A stretch of 64,000 nt of DNA, from NCBI RefSeq assembly GCF_004010195.1, contig NC_057718.1:61358301-61422300 (forward strand), in the 5' to 3' direction. The stretch comes from Chiloscyllium plagiosum (lineage: Eukaryota). Positions within the stretch are counted from its first letter, which is position 1; every line of letters begins with the position of its first letter. Of the stretch, positions 1-12,900 are shown in pieces. Position numbers and translations under genes: made by a program. The notes below the pieces were generated by a model that saw nothing but the letters and a program-made list of their open reading frames with translations, did not search any database and was not told the DNA's origin.

Positions 1-242
1 GGTGGATGGGAGATCCCCCGAGGTGATGAGGTTATGGACGGTCTGTCACCCTCACCTTGACTCTTTCCACCTATCACATTTCCGACGCCCCTCCCCCAAG
101 TCCCTCCTCCCTACCTTTTATCTTAGCCTGCTGGACAAACTTTCCTCATTCCTGAAGAAGGGCTTATGCCCGAAATGTCGATTCTCCTGTTCCCCGGATG
201 CTGCCTGAGCTGCTGCGCTTTTCCAGCAACACATTTTCAGCT
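1..242 (+). mobile_element. 3' end/pseudo-LTR of a Penelope-like element (cut by the window edge)
   Basis: CT-rich stretch followed by CCTGAAGAAGGGCTTATGCCCGAAATGTCGATTCTCCTG...GCTTTTCCAGCAACAC, the same terminal sequence seen at 16321-16407, 28993-29076 (inverted) and 39149-39230. Confidence 0.75.
152..179 (+). ncRNA. Minimal hammerhead ribozyme-like core (variant)
   Basis: CTGAAGA-A-GGGC(TTAT)GCCC-GAAA-TGTC; stem II intact, the ACGT palindrome changed to ATGT. Confidence 0.55.
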
Positions 243-244
243 TC

Positions 245-950
245 CATTGAAGAAGCTCATGAACTGGGTGTAGTCTCCACCACACTTTCCTGTTTGTCCC
301 CAAACCCTTCACTCTTTTGTCTTGAAGAAACCTATTCACCTCAGCCCTGATTAAATTCAATGATTACCTCCTGTGAGGAGAATTCCTCATATTAAAAACC
401 ATCAAAGAAAAATAATTTTCTCACCTCTGTCTTAGAGGAAGAACTCTTATTCTTAAATTGAATCTCCTCGATATAGTTTCCCCACAAGATGACACATCCT
501 TGCAGGATCCAGCCTATCCAGTCTCCTCAGGATGTTTCAATAAGGTCACCTCTCATTCTGCCAAACTCTAATGGGTATAGGTTCAACCTGAACAAACTTT
601 GTCCATAAGAATAAACCCTCCATCCCAAGTGTGAGTTGAGTGAAACTTCGCTTTGTTACATCTAATACAATTATTCTAAATAAAGCACCCAAAATTGTAC
701 AGAGTATTCAGACTGTGATATCACTAACACTACATAGAGCAAGAATAAAACTTCTCCTACTTTTGTACTCCTTGCTAAAAACACCAGCATTCCCTTTTCA
801 CTCCGAATTTCCTGCTGCATGTAAACACTAATGGTTTTTTAATTCACGTACCCGGATACCTAGGTCCCTTTGTACTGCTGAGTTCTACAATCCATCTCCG
901 TTTAAATATTATACAGCTATTCTATTCTTCCGGCCAAAGTGGAATGTTCA
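245..950 (-). mobile_element. Old CR1-clade LINE, RT C-terminal fragment
   Basis: Reverse complement resembles the LYKTLVRPHLEYCVQFW region and downstream part of the better preserved CR1 copies in this window; heavily decayed. Confidence 0.7.
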
Positions 951-2204
951 TGGATTGGATGAAAAAGTACCATCACTTGATATGGTAATTGTAGTTGCCA
1001 GCTCAGATATGGGCATTACATGAATGTTCAAGACAAGCAGAGTTGGGATTGGCATATAGTGATTCACTGGGCAGGAATGGGCAACCATATTCTGCTATAT
1101 GGAACTTAACTGAGGAATTTGATGTGACAGAGTGAATACAAATGCAGCAGGACATTCACACACAACTCTCTACCAGACTGACAGACCTATGTATAAGCTT
1201 GCTTCCATTGTGAAAGAACATGGATGAATCAGATTCCAACATAAACATAACTTCATGCAGAGATTGGAGCCTAAATGTTAGTGTGGAAGTATATCCAGCT
1301 CCAAGACAGCAGTTGAGGCCCCACATGTAATGCAGTATCCGAAGGCTGATGTCTCAGCTTCCATTGTAGAAAAGTCAGAAATGTTTCAGTGCTGAATTGG
1401 AAACTCAGACAGAGGTTATAAGATCAACACCTGCCATGAAAATTGCTGGGGATATTCTTTGGAAAAAACCAACTGCACCTATTGAGTACCAGCTGACTTG
1501 TGGTGAACATGTGACCTCTACCTGGGACACAAACAGGTGTCCAAAAGCCCTGTGTACAGGAAATTGCTGGTAAGTGCTTTAGTGTGCAGTCAGTAAATTA
1601 GCATCAGTGTGGCACAACTAAAAAATTTATGTGTGGATCTTCAGAGCTGTAATAGCCAGCTACTGAAAGAGACAGCAGGAAAGTAGAAGAAAGAAGATCT
1701 GTCTGAAACTGGATGTTACCATGTGAGTCAAAATGGTAATAAATTTACCACTCCCTCTGCTGTGGAAATTACAGAAAATATGAGACAAGATTTGAATTCT
1801 TTCCACTCTGAGTGGAAATTATGGAATAGCTACAGAATGAATGTAAAAACCTGAGCACGTCAGAGATAAATACTGATTTCAGTACAGGGAATAGAGACCC
1901 ATCAGCTGCATTGCACTGATCTACATGGTGTGTCATAATGGAGGGATTTCATTAGCTAATTATAGAGTAAGGGTGTTACCCAACCTCTTGTGGTGGACCA
2001 ATGACAGTGTGTACATTGCCCATGGCAGGATAAAGGTAACATGGCTGCTTCCGAAGGAGTGGGTATTATTTGGTCGGATTTTTTATGGATTGCCACACAA
2101 CAATTGGAAATTAATAGAGTACTCGCCTAGCAGTTACAGATCACCATAGTAACGCTGACAAATCCATATGTTTTCTCCTTCTACTTCTCTGTACTCGAGA
2201 ATCC

Positions 2205-2487
2205 CTTCACCTACATATAGGGCCTCTGTCACCTCCTTAATGCAGTGATGGATGGCACACTGTAGGATTCTGCTTATGTCACCTGACCCTGCCTAACAAA
2301 GATATTTAGAGATGCGGTGAACTTGACCCCTGACAGTGCCATCCTCACTCAGCTCTTTGATGACTGGTGAGTTTGTGAAAGATGGCACAGCTCAACCACC
2401 TCTTCTTTGGTAAACCACAGACATCTCAGGTCCTGCTTCTGGTGATGATTGAGAAGTCATCCTTGAACATCTCGGGGTACATAGGGC
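2205..2487 (-). mobile_element. PIF/Harbinger (HARBI1-like) transposase N-terminal remnant
   Basis: Manual translation: DLRCLWFTKEEVVELCHL...ALSGVKFTASLNIF, then after a frameshift GDISRILQCAIHHCIKEVTEALY, resembling the HTH region of Harbinger transposases; contains stops. Confidence 0.7.
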
Positions 2488-4009
2488 TTTTTTTTTTAGT
2501 TCCTTCCTTCTCCTCCTCCCTCTACTTACTATGCTCCCTCTCTACTATCAATGCTCCATTTACAGATGGTGCTGCAGCCCAGAAGGGATTGCAAGGAGAG
2601 AACATATTCCTAAGTAGACTTTCTCCTGACAAGCCAACCAACTACATTGGCCACTTTGTCAAGTTCCAATACCATTTCTTTAAAAAAAAACAGAAACCTA
2701 CGAAACTCCTCCAATAATACAGAGTGTAATACTTCCACTAGCCCTGTCGCAACAAGAGTAAGTCAAAGACACTCTACCTGCAAGTTGGATGATAAGCCCT
2801 TTAAACAGTGGTAGAGGACAGAGGGATGAGGAAGGGTGGTTCCCTCCTGCAGCTGACCACAAATTCATCTAGGAAGAATTAGGAGAGTGCATACACTGGA
2901 GCCGCATAGGCCTCAATGGCAGAGTGGGTACCGAACCAGCTTTAGAGATGGTTTCATAGCACAATGAACCTCGCCTACATGTTTCTGGTGCACACACACA
3001 ATGCACTCACAGTGACAGTGTGTTAACACTCACAGTAACACCATCGTTTTGCATTCAGTGCATTTTGCATGACATTTTTCAAGATTTTAAAGGATTAGCA
3101 GCAGTGCTGTGGAGCTATTCATCATGGTCATATTTTACCAAAAAAGAGCAATGTAGCATTTTGAACATTTGAATTCTCCTCAAGTTGATAGTCTTTTAAT
3201 ATAAAATTAAAAGTGGTGGAACTTCAGCTCAATGCTTAAGCAGCAGGTGTGAAGCAGAATATATGTGCATAACATTTCATAGTTAAAAAGAATGAAGGTA
3301 AAATTCTTACCCTGATACGGTACCACAGGCTAAAAAATAAAACCTAATCTAATTAATGGAGTGTTATCCTCTTAACTGTAACAGATGCCAATCAGACTTT
3401 GTGGCAGCTTTACTGAAATAAAAATTAACACCTTTGAGAAACAAACAGGAGACCTCTTTGAAAGGTCAGCAAGGCAGCCTCATGTTGAATGGATATGCAA
3501 TTCATCTTTTTCTAAAGGCAATTTACTATTAAAGAATGAAGCTAGATGGAAGACATGCAGATCTCTTTGTACTAGTTGTATTTCATAAAATAATGCACCT
3601 GATTATCAGGAGCCAACAACATTTTAGACCCTTAATTCTTTAAAGCAAATGCAAAGACTAGTCTCTATGCTTATACTGTATGAAGACATTGGATTTGAAA
3701 CTACACAGTGGGTTGAAAAAATAGCAAGGGGGAGAGCATGTAGGTCACTCTCCCTAAATAGGATCATAGGAAATAGGCACCATAACATTTATTGCCAGCA
3801 CTTAGTGCCACTTCCTGATACCTTCCTGTCTGAACAGATCAGTGACATTACCCACGATGAGAACAGTGCTTTTGTATAATCTCGGAGCCATATGTGGATT
3901 CCACAAACGGTTCAGAAATTATCTTGAAACAATGGATGTATTTTTATCTCACCTTTCATCCTATCCTATGGGAATGATGAGTTGAGGGCAAGTTCCATAT
4001 CCAACACTT

Positions 4010-5705
4010 TATTGGTACTTGAGTCAAAGCTGTATTTAGTTCTGAGGAAATGAAATGGCTCAAGTGGATTAGGTTCCAGTTGGGGAATTTTCAATAATCA
4101 GAGATCATAGTATGTAAGATTTCAGTTGGCTATGGAAAAATCCATGTATTATCTAAAATCAAGGTAATTAATTGGAGGAGAATCAACTAAAATCAGCTGA
4201 GAACTGAATGAATTGGGATCAAAGATTGATAGGCAAAATTGTAACAGAAAAATGATTGATGAGGGTGTTGGGATTGATGTGGAGTAAATTCTAAAGGCAT
4301 TTAATAAAGTGCCCCATAAGAGGCTTGTCAGCAAAGTTGAAGCCTGTGGAATTAAAGGGACTGTAACAGTTTAGCTACTAAGTTAACTGACAGAACTAGT
4401 GTAATAGTGCACAATTGTTTACTGGATTTGAGGAAGGCACACAGGGGTTAGTTTTATGACCTTAACATTTCTTGATCTACATTAATAACAAACTTGCTTG
4501 TGCAGAGCATAATTTCAAAATGCACAGATGACACAAATCTTGAAAGCATTGTAAACTGTGAGGAGGATATTGATAGACTTTGAGAGGACATAGACAGGTT
4601 GGTGAAATGGCAAATTTAAGAAATGAGAAGTGGTATGCATTAGTAGAAAGAACAACTCTAACAGAGATGCGGGGACCGAGAATTTGGAGTTTTAGTGCAC
4701 AAATCATTGAAACTAGCAGGATATGTCAATAAAGTGATTAAAAAGGCAGACAAATTTCTGAGCTTTCAAAATAGCTGCTTAAAGTACAAAAGCAAGGATG
4801 CTATGCTGAACACTTATTACACTGTACATCAACCACAGCTGGAGTATTGTGTCCATTTCCAGGCATTGCAATTTATGAAGGATGTGAAGGTTTTCAAGAG
4901 GTCGGAAACAAGATTTATAAGAATAGTTCCAGGGAAGGGGATTTCAGTTACATGGATGGATTTGACAAATTGGAGTAATTCTCCTTCAAGAATAGAAAAT
5001 TAGAAGACATTTTGATAAAAGTATTCAGAATCATGAGACGCTTAGACAGTTTGCATATGGAGAAACTGTTCCCACTAGTAAAAGCATCTAGAAATAGGGG
5101 ACATAGATTTAAAGTAATGAGCAAATAACAAAAGCCAGCTTGAGAAACCAGTCTTCCATGGTGATTGGTTAGGAGTACCAATGCACTGCTTGAGAATATA
5201 ACTGAGGTGAATGGTTCATTGTGACTTTCAAAAAGAAATTCATAGAAACCCTCCAGTGCATATGTAGACCATTCAGCCCATCAAATCTACACTGACCCTC
5301 TGAACAGCATGCCGTCCAGACCCACCTCCTCCGCATTTACCATTGCTAATGTACCCAGCCTGCACATTATGAGGCAATTTAGCAAGGCCACCTAACCTGT
5401 ACATCTTTGGACTATATGAGAAAACCCAAAAGAAACCCATGCAGACAGAGAGCGAATGAGCAAACTCTACACAGGTGCCCAAGTTGAAATCAAAACCGGG
5501 TCCCTGGTGCTATGATGCAGCAGTGCTAACCACTGAGCCACTGAGCTGCCCTCATTTGGATAATTACCTGAAGAGAAAATCATTACAGAGCAACAGGAAA
5601 ATGATGGGGAGGTGAAACTGGTTGAGTTGATCTTTTAGACAGCCAACAAGGATGAAATAGACTGAATGGCCTCCTTATGCAATGTAACTATTCTATGATT
5701 CTGTG
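4010..5705 (+). mobile_element. Old CR1 LINE ORF2 remnant, interrupted by a SINE
   Basis: KAFNKVPHKRL-like motif at ~4293-4325; ORF 4695-5003 PQLEYCVHF; decayed ATTCTATGATTCTGTGA tail near 5690-5707. Confidence 0.8.
5240..5552 (-). mobile_element. HE1-like tRNA-derived V-SINE (diverged)
   Basis: Reverse complement of GGCAGCTCAGTGGCTCAGTGGTTAGCACTGCTG head and of the body shared with 24341-24662. Confidence 0.85.
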
Positions 5706-6149
5706 ATATTATTATTTTAACTGGTAATGGTAACAATGGTCATTAAAAACTGAATATTAAGGTAAGCTTTTAAACACCAGACCAATCTTGATTGATCATG
5801 GTTACTTCTTGTTTGTACCATACTTTAAATGGTCGCAATCCATTGAAATTTAAAACTGTTCCTTTGTCACTTTTACTTTTGTCTGGTTTACGTTTTTTTT
5901 GTCCATCCTAAAACAAAACTTGCGCTTTCTTGACCAAACATTATTTTTCTGTTTTATGCAAGAATTGTCTGTACTCAGGTAGTCACCAAATTAAAATGAC
6001 AACCTAGCTATGTCCTGAATTCTGAAAGAGATTAAATTAATGCAATACTAGTAATAATAAAGAATTCAGACCCAGCTGTAAGATAAAGTGAAACTTAAAT
6101 TAATGGGTGAAAATCTATGCTCCTCCAACAAGGTTAAATGCTTAGGTTT

Positions 6150-6255
6150 TTGTTCTTTTTATGAAGGGTCCACGCCTAAAATTTCAACTCTTCTGTTCTT
6201 TTCACAGATGCTGTCTGACCTGTGGTCTGTATCTGGCACATTCTGTTTTCATTTG
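6150..6255 (+). mobile_element. Old PLE terminal fragment
   Basis: TGAAGGGTC...AAAAT...CACAGATGCTGTCTGACCTG, similar to the right arm at 21848-21930. Confidence 0.5.
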
Positions 6256-6699
6256 GAGTTTTTTGGTCATTTTGTTCTAATAATTGGTGTACTTGGCTTT
6301 ATCTCAGCTACTATTTACAAAGTAGAAAAACAGTTGATGCATTAGTAATTCTACAGGCTCACCATCCCCCACTTGCCCTATTCAATCCCATTAACAATAA
6401 CTGATTACTGCTGGAGTTAACAGTAGTGGGACAATTATTTTAGCTGCCAGTAGTCTTAACAGCAAGGCGAAAATATAGGTCAATGCTGAAGGGGAAAGAA
6501 AAGTGAATTTCAGGTGGAAATGCAACTGTGAATGAATGCTTATGGATCAATTTTATCCCTTAATTCATGCCAGGAGTCTCTATGGTCCTCTTTTCATTAA
6601 AATGTCAAACATCAGAGCATATATGACCCCACACCCACCTTTTGAATTTTATGGTGCCAGTTATGTGTTGCATTTTCCTTTTGTCAATTATAAAAAAAA

Positions 6700-6925
6700 A
6701 TATTTTATATGAGACACTTTTACAGGGAGTGGAGGAGCAGAGAGACCTGGAGGTGTGCTTGCACAAAGACTTGAAAGTGGGAAGACAAATTGAGAAGGCT
6801 GTTGAAAAAACATATGTGTCCCTTGGCTTTGTAAATAAAGACATCGAGTGCAAAAGCAATAAAGTTATGCTAAACCTTTGTAAATCACTGATTCAGCCCC
6901 TGCTGGAGTAATAACTCAAATTTTG
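6700..6925 (+). mobile_element. CR1 RT fragment
   Basis: ORF 6642-6911: LQGVEEQRDLEVCLHKDLKV...NLCKSLIQPLLE. Confidence 0.8.
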
Positions 6926-7474
6926 TGGTCAACAGCAAGAAGACTGCACTCAATTCAACATATTGGCAGCTGCCCATAGCCATTCTAAACTTTTGAACAG
7001 CAACTTCCTATAATTGGGCATCTGGTCCAGAATGATACAAGGTGCAGTGGTACGTGTAATCAGGGCAAAACGTATATTTCCAATCAATTACAATAACTAA
7101 CATTCACTGAGATGCGTAGAATCCAAATCAAGAGTTATAAGCTAACATATTTAATTCATTATAAAATCATACAGAGAGCAGTTTAGGATGAAAAAAAAGA
7201 AAGGTGGGATTAACAGAGAAAATGTGTGAAGAGAGACAGAAGGAGAAAATGAAAAGGACTTTTTTAAAAATCTCAACTGAAATTAAGTTCTGAAAAAATG
7301 GTAAAATTAAATTTTTAGATTCAAGGAAGTTGTTAAGCAGTAATTAAGAGTCGTCACATCGTGAAAATCCTATTCATATCCAAATGTCCCAATTTTTCTA
7401 CCATGTTTGTTGGTAACTAATAGATAAAAGCAGCAACTTCAGGTTTGTCCATTCTAAGTATACTGATTGCAACA

Positions 7475-7693
7475 AGATCAGCCTGGTGGACCTCATAGAA
7501 TATGAGTTCCTTGATTGAACAATATCAATTGCCCCAATCAGGGAGCCCTGGCTGAGAGACATAAACAGAAGTGTCAGAGGTTCTCTTCACTCTGAGAGAT
7601 GGCTCTGAGGGAGCTGGATTAGTGACAAGGACTCTCCATTATAAATAAAGGATGACTTAGTGATAGGATACCAGCCTCTGTGGAATTATTTCA
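7475..7693 (+). mobile_element. Possible solo LTR
   Basis: CCAAT box, TATA-like ATAAA, AATAAA and a terminal ...TTATTTCA within ~220 bp; 5' boundary unclear. Confidence 0.35.
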
Positions 7694-8339
7694 CTATGCC
7701 TAATCTGCATGGTATAGCACAATCTGAGGATGAGAAGGCAACTTAGATAGCAAATTACAACTGTACATATATGAATTTTGGAAGTCATTGTCCAATTTAA
7801 TCCACAAAGACAAACCCTTGCTGTTAATCTTGATGTAAAATTTGATCAATTATCTCAATTTCTGAGTGCCCCACTTTTTGAAAGATAGCAAGACCAGTGA
7901 GGAGATGCAGGGGAGATTTAGTAGAATGATTCCATGAATATCAACCTTCCATTTTATAGAGATACTAGACTAGCTGCATTTTTCTCATTACAGGTGAGAA
8001 GTTTCAAGAGAGTCATAGTACAGTATAAGTGTTCAAATTTCTGAATGGTTTTGGTAGACTGAATAAGGTAAAACTGTTTCCAATGTAAGTTTCCAGATGC
8101 AAAAGGTGCAAAACATAAATTGAAATTAAATAGCAAAAGAATCTGAGGAGAGAAATCATCACACAGTGAATTGTTAATGGCCACGAATACACTCTTTGGA
8201 AATGAACTGGAGACAACTTCAATAAAAACTGCAAAAGGAAAATGAATACGTATTTGAAGGACAAAATGTGGTGTTATTGGATTGGGGCAGGGGAATGAGG
8301 CAAATTGAATAATTCTTGCAAAAGGCTAGTTTGGATAAT

Positions 8340-10045
8340 TAGTACATTGTGTATGGGCTGTATGTGGCCTGCACCTCTGCTGTAACTTGCTTTCATTTTA
8401 GTTTGTGGCAGCTATTAAACAAATTGCTTGAAACATGAAGTCAGATGTGACCAGCTGAGATTGCATCAATTTTCAAAGTTATAGAACAGCCCGACAAATG
8501 ATGAAAGAAAACAAAGTCAACAACTTTGAAATGCAGAATGAGTCAGAATGGGTGTGAAGAGTCCACTCCTTGTTCCTGTGGAAATAAAAAGGGATATGAG
8601 ACAGAAATTGATTTTTCCAACCATCAGAATTAGCTACAACATTAAATAAAATGACTGAGCAAATAAGAGTTGCAAAATAGTTGTCAGTGGTGGGGAATTT
8701 GAACTACAGGCTGTATTTCATCTTAGATCTCACTGAGTATCAGAAAATTCAAACAGAAGAGACTTCCAAGGCTTTGAAGACATACTTTGAACTCCATATT
8801 AATGTTACTTATGAATGATATGTGTTCAGAGCACAGCTTATTAATCTAGTATATGATGGCACGACACATCTATGAATATGGACAACTGAAAAATGTCCCA
8901 ACATAACATATACAAACTATAATCCATAATCAAATCAACATCTGCCAAGGAGGTTCCAGCTGCCCTCACATATACTCTGAAAAACATAATAAAAGAATTG
9001 ATGACCCCACCAAACCAGGAGGTCCTAAAGAAATGGAAAGATGGATAAAGAAGCCAAGAAATCATTTTTGAGGAGCTGGCAGTTAATGTGGCAGTTATCA
9101 CAGAACGGCAGGAAAGAAAGTCTGATAAGGGATGAGATTGGTACAAGAAACAAATGATGAAATTGAAAACACCTGGAGTCAAGTATGTATGTTAGTATTG
9201 ACAGTGAAAGGACTTAGACCAGTTCCTGATAAAGTGAGAGCTATAGCAGAGACTCAATGATTGACAGATCTGAGAGTTATGCAGTTAATTATTTGTGGTC
9301 TATCCAGCAACGTTCTTGCTAATTTGTCATCAGAATGTGAACAAGTCCATAATTCATTGATAAGGATGTGCAGCAGTATTTTTCACTTGTTCACAGGATG
9401 TGGGTGTGCCCATCGTTTGCCCATCCTAACTGACATGGAAAAATTTGTGATGAGCTAGCATCTTGAACAGCTGCAGTCCTTGGAGTGTTGGGTCACCCAC
9501 AGTGTTGTTGAGAGTTGCTCTGGGTCATTAATGCAGTAGAGAAATGGCTGGACATGCTCTGGGTCATTAATGCAGTAGAGACACTAAATCTGAAATACAA
9601 GTGTCTAGTACTGACCAAACACTCACCATAGGAACAATACTCCTCATGGAAGGAACATCACCCCAGGAACAAAAAGACATGAAGTAATTTGACAACAACA
9701 ACTTACATACATGTTATTAAAAAATCTGAACACTTTAAAGATGATAGTTGAAATGCATTTTCAGAGACTAACGAAAGTAAAATAGCCTTGAATTATCACA
9801 GTCTTGCCCATAAATTATCATTTTTATTGTTGACCATGCAGATTGGATAATTTGGGTAACTTTTAACTGTAAATGACAGCATCTGCTTTTATTTTATTTT
9901 TCTTGTATGGAAGAGGGATATTAGAGAAATATATTTGTACATCATGTACTGGCTGATATGTCATTATCACGTGACCTCTAGCTCTGTCATAACTTGCTTT
10001 CACATTAGTTTGTGGCAGCCATTAAACACTTTGCTTGAAACATCA
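8340..10045 (+). mobile_element. Internally deleted, decayed Gypsy-type LTR retrotransposon
   Basis: Direct repeats 8383-8436 / 9990-10043; PBS-like TGAAGTCAGATGTG at 8436; purine tract GGAAGAGGGA at 9909; gag-like KALKTYFELHINVTYE*YVFRAQ from 8768; RT-like VLTVKGLRPVPDKVRAIAE from 9195. Confidence 0.7.
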
Positions 10046-11403
10046 TCAGCATGATGGGCTAAATGGTCTTCTCCTGTGCTGTATGATCCTCTGTCTGTTG
10101 AAGAAGAGTATGATAAAAGATATACCACACAAGAGTTTGTGAACAGCGTGTATATGGAGAGTTAATATGTGACAATGGGTATAATATCTTTTATCCGTTA
10201 TGGTTCATACACCACAGGCCTAATATACTGTAATGGCAGCAATGTAGACTGCCCTGATAAAACATAAGCTTGCCTCTCTGTATGGAAACAGTTACCAGAG
10301 TACTGTGCTCCACCAAGCTTGGAATGAAGTGGTGTTAACATGCATTGTAAGACAACATTGTAAAATGAAACAACATTTAAGGACAGTTACCTTGGCAACA
10401 TTCCTAAGACCAGCAAATTTCTTCCTCACCTGCTTTAAGGATCAGTGCACGTGTGAAACATTAGACTTTCTACCATCTACTTTGAAGTTGTTCTGATGCT
10501 ACCCCTCGCTGGAGGGAGGTCCTCAGCTTTAAACGTAACTAACATTCTGTAGTCAGACCTAAAGTAATGCTTCATTTAATGTGTGCCTTGTTCCAGCCAT
10601 TTCTCTCCCCTTTCAGTAGTAGAGTAGCTTTCAGAGATTCTGACACTGGATAACCTGCCCCAAACCTTATATACTCCTAAAGTGCCTTTCATCAAAAACA
10701 TTGATTTTGTAACTAAATGGACTGACAGTAATTATAGTTCAAGATCAGTTCATTGTATGAAGACATTGGCTTCTCTGGTACCAAGAAAAGCCTTCAGAAT
10801 CCAAAAACTTGAAATTCTTATTTTAAATAATAATTTACTGATGACACTAAATTTAAGAGGGTAAAATTTAATACAGAAGGATGCTTTAGCAACTAAAGAT
10901 TTCCTAGATGTTTTCTAATCAACCTGTTCAGAGGCATAATAACACATGTCTGAAGCAGGAGGAACTTTAACCCAAGTTTGACTCAGAGGGAAGGCCACTA
11001 CTACTGGGTCACAGGAGCTTGGTTATAGAACTTTTGCAGGCCGGAAGAATTAAAGTTAACACTTGTAAATAAAGCTATAGCCAAAGCATAGAGCTCTAAC
11101 TATATTTAATAGCTTAGAAGTTCAATTTTATAATGCTTACTTTTCAGGTTACCATTGCCCATCAAATGTGCATCATTAATCACATGATGAAGACATCCTG
11201 CAGACACTAAGAGCACCCACCTGAAACTCCTGGTTCTATTCATCAGGGATCTAAAGCTTGTTTCAGGCTTTTTATTTACTGCAATTAGTCTGTGACTAAC
11301 ATTAAGCAAGCAATACACTATGCTGTGGCCGTTTTATTTCTGGGCACCCCACAGGTCTCTAAGGACACCACTAGAAGCTGCCTCCTAAAGAAAAGAAATC
11401 AAA

Positions 11404-12099
11404 TAGCTCCTTGAAAGTGGAGTCGCAGGTAGATAGGATAGTGAAGAAGGCGTTTGGTATGCTTTCCTTTATTGGTCAGCGTATTGAGTACAGGAGTTGG
11501 GATATCATGTTGTGGCTGTACAGGACATTGGTTAGGCCACTGTTGAAATATTGTGTGCAATTCTGGTCTCCTTCCTATTGGAAAGATGTTGTGAAACTTG
11601 AAAGGTTCAGAAAAGATTTACAAGGATGTTGCCAGGTTTGGAGGATTTGAGCTACAGGGAGAGGCTGAACAGGCTGGGGCTGGGAGGTGACCTGGAGCGT
11701 CGGAGGCTGAGGGGTGACCTTATGGAGGTTTACAAAATTATGAGGGGCATGGATAGGATAAATAGGCAAAGTCTTTTCCTTTGGGTTGGGGAGTCCAGAA
11801 CTAGAGGGTATAGATTTAGGGTGAGAGGAGAAAGATATAAAAGAGATTTTAGGGGCAACTTTTTCACACAGAGGGTGGTATGTGTATGGAATAGGCTGCC
11901 AGAGGAAATGGTGGAGGCTGGTACAATTGCAACATTTAAGAGGCATTTGGATGGATATATGAATAGGAAGGGTTTGGAGGGATATGGGCTGGGTGCTGGC
12001 AGGTGGGACTAGATTGGATTGGGATATCTGGTCAACATGGACGGGTTGGACCGAAGGGTCTGTTTCCATGCTGTACATCTCTATGACTCTATGACTCTA
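11404..12099 (+). mobile_element. Young 5'-truncated CR1/HER1-like LINE
   Basis: ORFs 11411-11650 (LYRTLVRPLLKYCVQFWSP) and 11626-12012 (ERRRLRGDL...FFTQRVV..WN.LP); (CTATGACT)n tail. Confidence 0.95.
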
Positions 12100-12479
12100 A
12101 GTTTTGTACGAATTTTAAAGTGGAGCTGTCCTATCCTCTTGGCTCCACATTGGTATCATAGATTGGCAGCCTCTTACCCAGTTCTGATTGCTTTTTCCAC
12201 TGGACTGAATTGAGGCCTTCAACCACACTCCAATCCAGCTGAATTTACTCCTCCTTCACAATCTGTGCCCAAAGCTCACCAATGTGCTAGTGAACCACCA
12301 GATCAGTTTGCAATCATCTTGGTATTAGCTTTAGAAGACACATGCAGCATGTGCTATACTCAAAATCGCATCCAATTCTGTTGCAATCCAATTTCTGGAG
12401 TCATGGGTTCACAATGAGTGAAGTGAATTAACATGATGAGACTCAGAGAGGGACCTGCAAGAAACAGTAGGCTTTTGCA

Positions 12480-12900
12480 GACACTGTGAAAAGCAATTAA
12501 AAATAATAATAGAAAGCAGCTGATACTACCAGATAAGTAAAATACAAGACTGCAGAATTAATGCTCTGAACTATGCACAGGTCAGACCACACTGAAATCA
12601 CATTGGCTATTATGTCACAAAAGGATGCAAATACATTTGAAAGATGTTAGGAAGAGCAACAAAACTGATCCCAAGTGTAAAGGGCATGAACTATGAGGAA
12701 ACTTACTGATACTGTCTGGAAGGAACAAGATTAATCTACCTCATTAGAGCATTTTCTTAAATGGGTTAGACAAGCTAAATTCAAATAATTGCTGCAAAAT
12801 AAGCTAGTATGTAAATGGGATTTAGTAAAAGCATTAAAAATATAAGGTGGAATTTTCTCCTCCCTAATGTGGTGAAAGTAGTAGTGACTATTGTGGCAAT
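12480..12900 (+). mobile_element. Very old CR1 RT 3' fragment
   Basis: GTCAGACCACACTGAAAT and GAAGAGCAACAAAACTGATCCC (RRATKLIP-like) remnants. Confidence 0.55.

Noticed and set aside
11575..12078. 167-aa minus-strand ORF (and 31410-31763, 45180-45509, 61366-61788)
   Set aside because: Antisense frames of CR1 ORF2
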